A DNA stretch of 32,000 nt from Candidatus Absconditicoccus praedator (lineage in GTDB: Bacteria; Patescibacteriota; Gracilibacteria; Absconditabacterales; Absconditicoccaceae). The DNA lies in assembly GCF_021057185.1 (NCBI RefSeq), contig NZ_CP054059.1:90001-122000 (forward strand). Direction: 5' to 3'. Shown one piece after another: positions 9,872 to 19,915 of the stretch. A program made the position numbers and the translations under genes. A model generated the notes under the pieces. It saw only the letters and a list, made by a program, of their open reading frames with translations, searched no databases and had not been told where the DNA came from. The stretch's first letter is position 1, and each line of letters starts with the position of its first letter.

Positions 9872-12220
9872 ATGCAATTTTCTGAAGCTGATACCAAAGC
9901 CAAATTCATAGACCCAAAACTCAAAGAATCAGCACGAGATGAAGCCAATATCATCAGAGAAGAATATTTTACCACTTGAAGAAAATTTGGAGCCAATACC
10001 AGATGAACTCCTGGATATGTAGACTATCTTCTCAAATACAAAAACAAAAACTTAGCAATAATAGAAGCCAAAAAATCTGAAGAATCTCCCACCAAATGAC
10101 TAGAACAAGCCAAAACCTACTGACAAAAACTTCAAGTAAGATTTGTATATTCTACCAACTGATACGAAATATACGAATTTGACCTAAAACTATGAAAATG
10201 AGATTTTGTAGATAGCTTTCCATCTCCAGAAGAATTATTCCAAAAAATTATTTGAAAAACCAACCATCTCAAAGAAAAGCTGTTAAGTACAGCCTACAGT
10301 ATAGAATGAAATGTCAAACCAAGATACTACCAAGAAAATGCTATCAACAAAGTACTTGAATCCATAGCAGACGGCAACCAAAGAATTCTTCTAACTCTTG
10401 CCACAGGTACCTGAAAAACATTTATAGCTTTTCAGATAGTTTGGAAACTGTTTCAAGCCAGATGGAACAACAAATCCAATTCACAAAGACCCAAAATCTT
10501 GTTTCTTGCAGACAGAAATATTTTGGTAGATCAAGCAATGAACACTTTCAATCCATTGGAAAAAGATATGATCAAGATTGACTGAAGCGAAATCAAAAGA
10601 AGATGATGAAAAGTACCTACCAATGCCAATATATTTTTTGCTATATATCAAGCAATCAGCGACAAAGAAAATATATGATGATACTACAAAGAATATCCTT
10701 CGGATTTTTTTGATTTGGTGATAATAGATGAATGTCATAGGTGATGAGCCAACGAAGAATGAACTTGGCATGAGATACTTCAGCATTTTTCTCCTGCTGT
10801 ACACCTGGGACTTACTGCCACTCCCAAAAGGCAGGACAATATAGATACTTATAATTATTTTGGTGAGCCTGTATATGAATACTCACTCAAAGAAGGGATC
10901 AACGATGGTTTCCTAACTCCCTACAAAGTCAAAAGAATCCAGACCAATCTAGATGAGTTTGTGCTAAATTCTGGAGACAAAATTTTGAAATGAGAATCTA
11001 CAAAATCTGTTTATGATATACAAGACCACGAAAGAAATATAATAATCCACGAAAGAACAGATCTAATAGCTCAAGCAATACTACAAAATATAAATCCTTA
11101 TGAAAAAACTATTGTTTTTTGTGTAGACCAAGATCATGCTCTAAGGCTCAGGGATGCTATCAACAAATACAAATCCAACAATGAAAAAGATTACTGTGTC
11201 AGAGTCACTTCTGATGAATGAGTAGAATGAAAACAATACTTAGAAAGATTCCAAGACAACGACAAAACTTTGCCTGTGATTTTGACTACTTCTCAGATGT
11301 TAACTACTGGAGTAGATGCCAAAAATGTCAGAAATATAGTTTTGCTGAAGCAAATAGGTTCTATGGTAGAATTCAAGCAGATAATATGAAGGTGAACCAG
11401 GCTTTTTGAGTGAAAAGATTATTTCAATATTATAGATTTTGTAGGAGCTACCAACAATTTTTATGATGAAGCCTGGGATGGTGAACCAGCTGCACCTGTC
11501 AAAAAATCCAAACTACAGCTTGGAGAAGATGAAGAGCAGTTAGAAGAAGTCTTGGAAGATTATCAAGAATCAGCAGAAAATCAAAATGAAAGTAATGATT
11601 ATGAGTTTTCTTCTCAGGATCAAGACCTGCCCAAAGAGAAGTTGGAAGTAGAGCTTGGAGACGACAGGACTGTCAAAATCATAAACATAGAAGAAAGATT
11701 TATTGATGAGAATTGAAAGCCACTAAGTGCAGAAGATTTTTTGCAAAAGATAGTGGGAAATATACCTCATCTATATCAAGATATAGATCAACTAAGGCAG
11801 GCTTGGGCTGATCCAGAAAGTAGAGAAGCTTTGTTACAAAAGCTTTATGATATGTGAATAGACAGAGAACAACTCCAAAATCTAAGGAAAATGTTTGAAG
11901 CTGATGGAGTGGATGTTTTTGATATATTGGCTTATATATCTTTCAATGTGGATATGAAAAAGAGGAAGGAAAGGGCTGATTATGTCAGGGAAAATACTGG
12001 TATATTGGAAAAGTATGAAAGTTCTAAGGCTAAGGAGTTTTTGGAATTTTTGTTAGAACAGTATGAAGCCAATGGTATTTTTGAGTTCAAAAGTCATAAT
12101 CTAAAAGCTATGATAGATTTGTATCATTCTACTCCTACGGAGTTGTCCAAGGCTTTTGGTGGGGCTGATAGGTTGAGAGAGGCTTATTTTGAGTTGCAGA
12201 AGGATATTTATGAATTGTAG
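9872..12220 (+). CDS. hsdR: Type I restriction enzyme R subunit (782 aa)
   Basis: MQFSEADTKAKFIDPKL (HsdR N-terminal nuclease region), LLTLATGTGKTFIAFQ (Walker A, with G encoded by TGA), DLVIIDECHRG (DEAH), HLGLTATP, TSQMLTTGVDAKNV, QIIGRGTR. The C-terminal EcoEI-R-like tail is track ORF 11891..12220. Confidence 0.92.
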
Positions 12221-12371
12221 AAAATTATTACTTTTTTAATAAGGTTGAACTCTATAAAATTAGGGATTTATTCTAGGAATTTAGTTTTGAGTGATTTTTA
12301 ATACAGTGAATTATTGACAGGAATTGAATGTTGATTACATATAGTATAATTTATTTTTTAAAATTAACAAT

Positions 12372-12878
12372 ATGTGAAATTATGCCTTTATAGACTGACA
12401 AAATCTATACTTATGAACAAGTAGTGAATGATGGAATTTTGATTTAGAAAAGCTTAGAACATATCTTAAGGATAAATACAAAGTTACCAAGGCTTATTAT
12501 TTTTTGTGATATGTACAGGATGAAAATAATTCACTTTATACTAAATTGCAAGAGTCGGGTTTTATAGTGGTATTTAAAAAACAGATGGTAAATATGACTA
12601 CTGCCAAAAAGTGAAATATAGATAGTGATATGATATTTTGGGTGATGCAAAAACTAATAGAAGAACCAGAAAAATTTGAGCAAATAGTAATAGTATCAGG
12701 AGATTGAGATTTCAAGATATTAGTTGATTACTTGATAAGAAAATGAAGGCTCAAAAAAATATTATTCCCAAATAAAAAATATGCTTCTTCTTTGTATAAT
12801 GATCTTTTGAATGAATATTTTGCTTATATGAAGGATATTAGACCCAAAATTGAGTATAAAAAAAGAGAAGGTACCTAA
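12372..12878 (+). CDS. NYN-domain (LabA/DUF88-like) putative ribonuclease (168 aa)
   Basis: MGNYAFIDGQNLYLG...KAYYFLGYV...GFIVVFK...KGNIDSDMIFWVM...IVIVSGDGDFKILVDYLIRKGRLKKILFP follows the NYN/LabA pattern (IDGxN...D...SGDGDF). 7 in-frame TGA. TAA at 12876-12878. Confidence 0.8.
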
Positions 12879-13008
12879 AGCACCAACACTTTTCGGATCC
12901 CTTCTCGTCTTGATACATTTATATTATAATCAGTTTTTTCAAAAATTCAAGTTTTTGATAAAAAAATTATTTACTTTGTTTCTGTGGTATGTTTGGATTA
13001 AGAAAAAA

Positions 13009-13035
13009 AGGTTTGAAATTTGCTTCAAACCTTTT
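13009..13035 (+). terminator. Intrinsic terminator-like hairpin downstream of the NYN gene
   Basis: AGGTTTGAA-atttgc-TTCAAACCT followed by TTT. A second GC-rich hairpin, CTCCATCGC-ttttg-GCGATGGGAG (13057-13080), follows. Confidence 0.55.
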
Positions 13036-13206
13036 ATATTATAGTTATTAATTTATCTCCATCGCTTTTGGCGATGGGAGGATCCCGGAGGACATTATGA
13101 ATATATGTTAATTAAAATTTTTTAGAATTCAAATAAATCTATGAAAAATAACATAATTAGATTCTAATATAGAAAGAGGTAATTTATTCTTATTATATTT
13201 TAAATA

Positions 13207-15177
13207 ATGCAATATAACTCTTTTAGGAAAATACTTAAATTAATTTTTTTACATCTTTTACCGTCAATTATATTTTATTATATTTGGAAAATTTTTGATT
13301 TTCTTAAAATTAAATTTAAACCTTATAAGGCAATTTTAAATAAATTATCTCTTTTTTTATTGTATGTTTTATTTACAACATTTTTAGCTTTATTGTCTAT
13401 TCTAATTTACAATAACTATATACTTTCAAATGAATTAGATATTATTAATTATCATGATTTATTGATACTACTATTTTTTTTTCTTTTATTCTTATTTTTA
13501 AGAAATGCTGAAACTATATTAGATTATACTCATAGTAAAATTAAAATAATTTCTTCTTTAATTTTATTTCTATTTTTATTTTTTAATATAGAGGAAATAT
13601 ATGCGATATGATTAGGTCAGTTTTTAACTGCAATTTTTTTTTACTGACTATTCTTTATTATAGTTTTTAATGTTTCTTGAGTAAAATCATATAATAATTG
13701 ATTATTAGTAAAATCATATAAGATAGAAAATAGAAGTTTTGATCAATTCTTTGATACATATTTAAATTTATTAAACGAAAAATGAAATTTTATAAATCCA
13801 ATTTTTGATGAACCAATATCAATTGATAATGATGATATATTTTGAATTAATGATATCGTCCAAAATTTATACAATATAATTTTGTGAATAGACTTCAACA
13901 ATCAAAAAGGTTCATATAGTATATGAATAGTAGGTGAATGGTGAAGCTGAAAAAGTAGTATTATAAATTATCTAAAAGATAAATATTTATTTTGATCACC
14001 AACAATTAAAACACTAGAATTTAATCCTTGGAATTATGAAAAGGATGACTTAATAAATAAGTTTTTCACTGAATTGTCTATTGTGCTTTGAAAATCAACC
14101 AATTTGAATAGTAGTATAAAAAAGTATTTAAAGGCATTGTGAGAATTACATAGTTCATTTAATGCTATTAATAGCTTGATTTCAAGCAAGTCTATTAATG
14201 AGATAAAAAAAGATTTGAATAATGAATTAAATAACTCATGAAAGAAAATTATTGTGATAATTGATGACTTAGATAGATGTGATCCATATGAAATTCTATT
14301 AATGCTAAATTTAATAAAAAACTTATGAGATCTGAAAAATATAATATATTTAGTTTCTTACGATAAAGGGAATATAACTAAAGTTCTTGATGATAAGGGG
14401 TTTGATTGAAATTATATAGAAAAGATTATAAATATAGAAAGGTTTGTTCCTGTTTTCACACAAGAACAAAAAAAGAAATATTTTAAAAATGAACTTAAAA
14501 ATATTCTTTGAAAATTATTTTTTAATAAAATTATTTTACCATTAAATTTTGATAAATGGTTTGAAAGTCTATATGTTCAAGATGTGTATATTTCTAAAAA
14601 GGCAAATGCTGAAATTAGAGAAAAATGGCAATTAGCTAAAAGAGAACCTTATTATTTTTTTAAGTATTTAGATGAATTTAATTCTATAGTTAATATTAAT
14701 TTACCTAAAACACTTTTAAACTATAAAAAATTATATTTAAATAAGCCTGAAAAAATAGTCAATACACTATTAAATGAGTTTGATAAAATGCTTGAAGTAG
14801 AAAATCTTAGATTTATAAAAAAATTATTAAATCAATTAAATATTGTTTTGCAGTTAAATTTGAGTAATAATACTAATATGATTCTTGATTTTCATGATGA
14901 AGATTATAAAAAAATTATTGCTATAAATTATTTTAAATTAAAAAATTATTCAAAATTTAACTATGTGATAGATAAATTTATACTAAAAGAAGTTTGAAAA
15001 TTAGTTGATGATAAAAAAATAAAAAGAATTAAAGATGATGATTTTCTTATCAATAAAGATATATATAATGAATATTTTTTAAACAATATATTAAATATTA
15101 GCAAAATGGATCAGTCTAATTTAAGATATACAACTATAAGTGATAAAGATTTTAAAATTATAAAAGAGTTTTCATAA
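13207..15177 (+). CDS. KAP-family P-loop NTPase with an N-terminal multi-TM domain (656 aa); Tmn-like
   Basis: About 5 hydrophobic helices in the first ~160 aa. Then IGIVGEWGSGKSSIINYL (Walker A, both invariant Gly encoded by TGA), LEFNPWNY and KKIIVIIDDLDRCDPYEILLMLNLIK (KAP Walker B). Joins track ORFs 13207..13611 and 14584..14997. Extremely AT-rich. TAA TAA stop. Confidence 0.85.
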
Positions 15178-15223
15178 TAATAAAAAGTAATTATACATTT
15201 ACTATAAATAACCTACAAACCCA

Positions 15224-16390
15224 ATGCAAAACCTACCTGAATGATGGGAAATAAAAAAACTTTGAGATATAGCAACTTTTACAAATTGATTTGCATTTAA
15301 AAGTAGCTTATTTAAGGATGAATGAAAACCAATTTTAAGAATAGCTAATATAAAAGAGAACTGAATTTCTTTTAAAAATCTTGTATATTTTAATGATGAA
15401 GATTATTCACAAGATTTGTCGAATTATAAAGTTTTTCCTTGAGATTTAGTAATAGCAATGTCTTGAGCTACTACTGGGAAACTTACTATAAACAACACAG
15501 ATAAAACCTTTTATTTAAATCAAAGAGTTTGAAAAATTTGATTTGATAATGAAATTACTAAACAATACATTTATTCTTTTTTAAAAACTAAAATAGAATA
15601 CAATCTTAATCGTTCATCTTGATCAGCCATACCCAATTTAAGTACACAACAAATAAAAAATACTGAAATCCCACTCCCACCTCTCGAAACTCAAAAGCAA
15701 ATAGCAGCCAAACTTGATGAAGTGCTGGGAGATATTGACCAGTCTATCCAACTAATCCAACAAAACATAGCCCACATAGATGAAATGAGCAAATCTGTCT
15801 TGAATCAAGTTTTTGAAGAAAAATGGGAAATAAAAAAACTTTGAGATATAGTAAATTTTTCTCAATGACTTCAAGTTCCTATAAAAGAACAAAAATATGA
15901 TTGAAATTATAGATTTTTAAGAATAATTGATTTTACACAATGAAATCAGGAACCTAGGTTTATAGAGAAATATGATGAGAGAGCTTTTGTAAAAGAAACA
16001 GATATTTCTATGGTTAGATATTGAGCATCTACTTGATTTATATGTACTTGAAAAAAATGAATTATAGCAAATAATTTATTTAAGATTACTGCAACTATAG
16101 ATAGTCTTAATAAAAAATATTTGTATTTTTATTTTTTATCAGATTTTTTTAAAAATTACCTTTTTCTAAATGTATATTGAGCAGCAATGCCAGCTATTAA
16201 ATTTTCAACTATTAGCGAATTAGATATCCCACTTCCACCTCTATCCAAACAACAAGAAATAGTTGATTATCTAGACAATATTTTCCAAACCAACGAACAA
16301 CTCAAAAATCAATACCAACAAAAACTTGCCAATCTACAAGAACTCAAAAAATCTGTCCTAAACTCTGCTTTTGAAGGGAAACTGGTTTAA
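15224..16390 (+). CDS. hsdS: Type I R-M specificity subunit with two target-recognition domains (388 aa)
   Basis: LPEGWEIKKLGDIATFTNGFAFKS (TRD1 start) and EEKWEIKKLGDIVNFSQG (TRD2 start). Conserved helices IPLPPLETQKQIAAKLDEVL and IPLPPLSKQQEIVDYLDNIF. C-terminus SVLNSAFEGKLV. Confidence 0.9.
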
Positions 16391-16412
16391 TTATAAGTTT
16401 GATGAAAATTCA

Positions 16413-16985
16413 ATGAGCAAATCTATCAAAAAAGCTGTTTATCTAATATTCTTGGCTATATTTATACTTCTTTTATATTTGGTATACACAATCTGACCTG
16501 CTCAAATTGTTGATTTTATCTGACTAGAAAATACATACCTTGTAATTTTCTTTTTTGCTTTTGTATGATGAGTATTTTTCCTAACTGCAGCTACATTTTA
16601 TACAACATTAGCAACTTTTGTTGTATGATGAGCAGATTTGCTTACTTTGTCGCTAATATCAGCAATATGACTAACAATTGGTGATTTCTTCTTTTATTTT
16701 TTGGGGAGGAAAGCAAAATTATTTATAAATGATAGCAAATACAAATCAAAAGTTGAAAAATTTTCCAACTGGATAAGAGCCAAATCTGATAAAACAATTT
16801 TTTGGTTTTTGCTGCTTTATTGGAGTTTTGCCCCATTGCCAAATGATATACCATCATCATGATTATGAATTGCTTGATACAACTGGAAAAAAATGATACT
16901 TCCAATTTTTGTGTGAAATATTAATTATAATTTGCTGATATGAAGCCTGGCAATGTTTGGATACAGTATATATTGAGTACTCTAA
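16413..16985 (+). CDS. DedA/SNARE-associated (VTT-domain) family membrane protein (190 aa)
   Basis: Polytopic hydrophobic protein with the diagnostic LTIGDFFFYFLGRK motif and ...FAPLPNDIPSSGLGIAGY. 14 or more in-frame TGA. Confidence 0.7.
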
Positions 16986-17016
16986 AAGGTCTTTACAGGT
17001 AATTTAATGGGGTGTC

Positions 17017-17200
17017 CCCCTTCAAACATCCAACGAATGTTTAAGGGGATCCCTTCAAATCCCTAAGTTACCGCGCGGAGTTGAAGGTATGGACCACCCC
17101 TAAATTATCGCGCGGAGTTGAGGGTGTGCGGCATCCCTAAGTTATCGCGCGAAGTTTGAGGTATGCTGCATCCTTCAAATATTCAATGAACATTTGAGGG
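17017..17200. repeat. GC-rich repeat element: three tandem 37-bp units flanked by two homologous hairpins
   Basis: Units are 17061-17097, 17098-17134 and 17135-17171 (CCCTAAGTTACCGCGCGGAGTTGAAGGTATGGACCAC and variants). The left hairpin is CCTTCAAACAT..ATGTTTAAGG (17017-17048). The right hairpin is CCTTCAAAT..ATTTGAGGG (17172-17200). A truncated unit (CCTAAATTA) follows. Confidence 0.8.
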
Positions 17201-17234
17201 AGCTACCTAAATTAATAAAAACATAATCATAAAG

Positions 17235-17302
17235 ATTTCCAACCCACATATTAATATTGAAAAAAATATCCAAAGATATATTATATCAAATAAGTTTAGC
17301 TT
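17235..17302 (+). repeat. Copy 1 of a duplicated ~68-bp promoter-like segment (upstream of the 17317 gene)
   Basis: ATTTCCAACCCACATATTAATATTGAAAAAAATATCCAAAGATATATTATATCAAATAAGTTTAGCTT is near-identical to 18222-18290 and contains TTGAAA-N17-TATATT. Confidence 0.75.
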
Positions 17303-17316
17303 GTCATAACAAAGAA

Positions 17317-17886
17317 ATGACAAAAAAAGATAAATTGGCTATATATCAAAATGATAATTGAGAAATAAAAGTTAATTTTGATGAAAATCAAGAAACTTTT
17401 TTATGACTTGATAGTACTTGATGGACATCCCTGAGTGCCATAGCTATATTTTTATCTGTATTAGCATCTTTATTTATTTCTATTTGTTTAGAACCACTAA
17501 AAAATAGTTTTAAGAAAAAAAGGATTTTAAAAGTCTTAGAAAGTAACTTAGACAAAAATATTGAAATTTTGAAAAAAATAAAAGAATTTGATTTGTATGA
17601 AATTACTAGAAATCAAAAAGAAGAAGAACAAGAAAAATTAAAGAAATTTGTTTATAGTATAAACTTTGAATCTTGGGAATTAAATAAAAGTTTTTTATCT
17701 ATAACAAGCCCACAGGAATTTGATAAATATAATAATATACATATTAAATTAAGTAATATAAAAAATGAATTTTGTGAACTAGAAAACATCAATAGATATT
17801 GGTATACTAAAAATGTTGAAAAGATAATAAGTAAGTTTAATTATACTAAAAATAATATAAAAAAGTTCTTAGAGGAATACGAATAA
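17317..17886 (+). CDS. Hypothetical membrane-anchored coiled-coil protein (189 aa)
   Basis: MTKKDKLAIYQNDNGEIKVNFDENQETFLGLD..., one TM segment (LSAIAIFLSVLASLFISICL), then a Lys/Glu-rich helical region. Extends track ORF 17569..17886 upstream through 3 TGA codons. Confidence 0.55.
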
Positions 17887-18221
17887 ATACAATGCTATAC
17901 TATATTTATTTAAAAAATTTGAATAGGTATATTTCTAACTTTTAAATCATTATTAATATCTTCTAATTCAATTAGTTCCAAAATGACACTAGTTTAAAAA
18001 AAGCAATGTGCAAAAAATGCACATACCACTAAATTGAGCCTGGTTAATAAAATCAGCAAAACTATTTCCAAACAAACTCAAACTTAGAAACAGTTTGTAA
18101 TAGTAAGTAGATTTCAAAATCTTTAAACTTGTCACGATTTACAAAACAACATTGTCCGTGACAAAAGCTAATATAAGTTTTGAATTGATTTTTCTAAAAA
18201 ATATCAAATTGGACCGTGACA

Positions 18222-18290
18222 ATTTCCAAACCCCAATATTAATATTGAAAAAAAAATCCAAAGATATATTATATCAAATAAGTTTAGTTT
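18222..18290 (+). repeat. Copy 2 of the duplicated promoter-like segment (upstream of hsdM)
   Basis: ATTTCCAAACCCCAATATTAATATTGAAAAAAAAATCCAAAGATATATTATATCAAATAAGTTTAGTTT. See 17235-17302. Confidence 0.75.
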
Positions 18291-18380
18291 ATAAAAAATC
18301 ACTTATTTCATATTTTGCAACAACTGTCATTTGTACTATAAATCATTATGTTAAACCAATTTACCAAATAATCATACCCA

Positions 18381-19826
18381 ATGCAACAACAAATAAACAG
18401 AATTACAGATATTCTCCGTAGAGACGACTGAATCTCTTGAGCTATGCACTATACAGAACAAATATCCTGGATTCTTTTTCTGAAATTTATAGATGATTAT
18501 GAAAAAGAAAATTATGAATGAGCCTTGCTTGATGGCAAAGATTATGAATTTATACTAGACCCAAAGTTTAGACGAGATAATCGAGCCTGTCCCAAGACCA
18601 AAGACCACAAACTTGATGTGAACAATGCTCTTACCTGAGATGATCTCAAAGATTTCGTAAACAATGAGCTTTTCCCTTATCTTCAATCTTTCAAAGATAC
18701 CAGTAAAGATTACAATACTATGAAATACAAAATAGGTGAAATCTACTATTTCATAGACAACAGGATAGAAAGCTGACACACTATCAGAGAGATTTTGGAT
18801 ATAGTAGACTGACTCAGTTTTCAAAGCGAAAAAGATCTTTTTGAGCTTAGTAAAATATATGAAGACTTGCTTCAGTGAATGGGTAGCGATGGTTGAAATT
18901 CAGGTGAGTTTTATACTCCAAGACCTGTAATAAAAGCTATGACAGATACTATCAACCCCAAGATTGGGCAAACTATTTATGATGGAGCCAGTGGTAGTTG
19001 TTGATTTTTGATAGAAGCTTTTGAAAACCTAAAAAAACAAGAAAAAACAACTGATGACTACTATTTCCTAAGGAATAAAACCTTTTATGGAAACGAAAAG
19101 ACACCAATAGCTTATATTATGGGTATGATGAATATGATACTTCATTGAATTTCCAACCCAAACCTAAGCAAGCAAAACAGCCTCACCCAAGATGTAAGAT
19201 CTATTGAAGAAAAAGACAGATACGATATTATCCTTGCCAATCCACCTTTTGGATGAAAAGAAAAGGAACAAATTCAAGCTAATTTCCCTATCAAAACCAA
19301 CTCTACTGAAATGCTATTTCTCCAACATTTTATGAAAAAACTCAAAACTTGATGAAAAGCTGCTATAATTGTCCCAGAATGAGTTTTGTTTAATACCTCA
19401 CAACCTTTCCAAAAAATTAAACAAGAACTTATAGAAAATTATAATCTACATACTATTTGTAGTTTGCCTGCAGGAGTGTTTTTGCCTTATTCTGGAGTAA
19501 AAACAAATATTATATATTTTGACAAACAGTGAACTACCAAGGATATACGATATTATGAAATAAATCCTTGAAGAAATCTTACCAAGAATTCCCCTTTGAA
19601 ATACGAAGAAATCCAAGAATTTATAGATCTTTTTGATAGCAGGAAAGAAACAGAAAATTCATGGATAGCTCCAGTAGAAGATATCAAAGACTATGATATA
19701 TCAGCCAAAAATCCTCACAAAAATAAACCAGAAGAATACAGAACTCCTCAAGAAATACTAGAAAATATTGAAAATAATGACCAAAAAATCAATGAATTAA
19801 CCAATAGACTAAAAGAAGCTATCTAA
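18381..19826 (+). CDS. hsdM: Type I R-M DNA methyltransferase subunit (N6-adenine), 481 aa
   Basis: ITDILRRDDGISGAMHYTEQISWILFLKF (HsdM N-terminus), GEFYTPRPV, IYDGASGSCGFL (AdoMet motif I), ILANPPFGGKE (motif IV), STEMLFLQHFM, AAIIVPEGVLF. Confidence 0.92.
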
Positions 19827-19854
19827 AGTTTTAGCAAACTTAATTTTATACAAA

Positions 19855-19913
19855 GAAAAAAGCGCTAGCAGTATAAGCAAGCACCTTCTAACCCAGAATT
19901 GAATACAATTCTG
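19855..19913 (-). terminator. Double-hairpin terminator module, homologous to 3569-3618
   Basis: On the reverse strand: CAGAATTG-tatt-CAATTCTG, then GGTGCTTGCTTATActgctagcgc, then TTTTTT. It shares GGTGCTTGCTTATA and the trailing TTTTTCT.TTTGTA with the 3.6-kb copy. Confidence 0.65.
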
Positions 19914-19915
19914 AG

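Noticed and set aside
12850-13044. 64-aa plus-strand ORF after the NYN gene
   Set aside because: It starts inside the NYN coding tail in another frame, runs across the terminator hairpin, and has a low-complexity Phe/Lys/Leu product.
17061-17171. Possible CRISPR array (regular 37-bp repeats)
   Set aside because: The repeats are directly tandem with no spacers, there are only three units, and there are no cas genes. It is a tandem repeat or structured element, not a CRISPR.
18152-18421. 89-aa ORF upstream of and overlapping the hsdM start
   Set aside because: It spans the operator-like repeats and the duplicated promoter segment, overlaps the hsdM ATG out of frame, and has no motif support.
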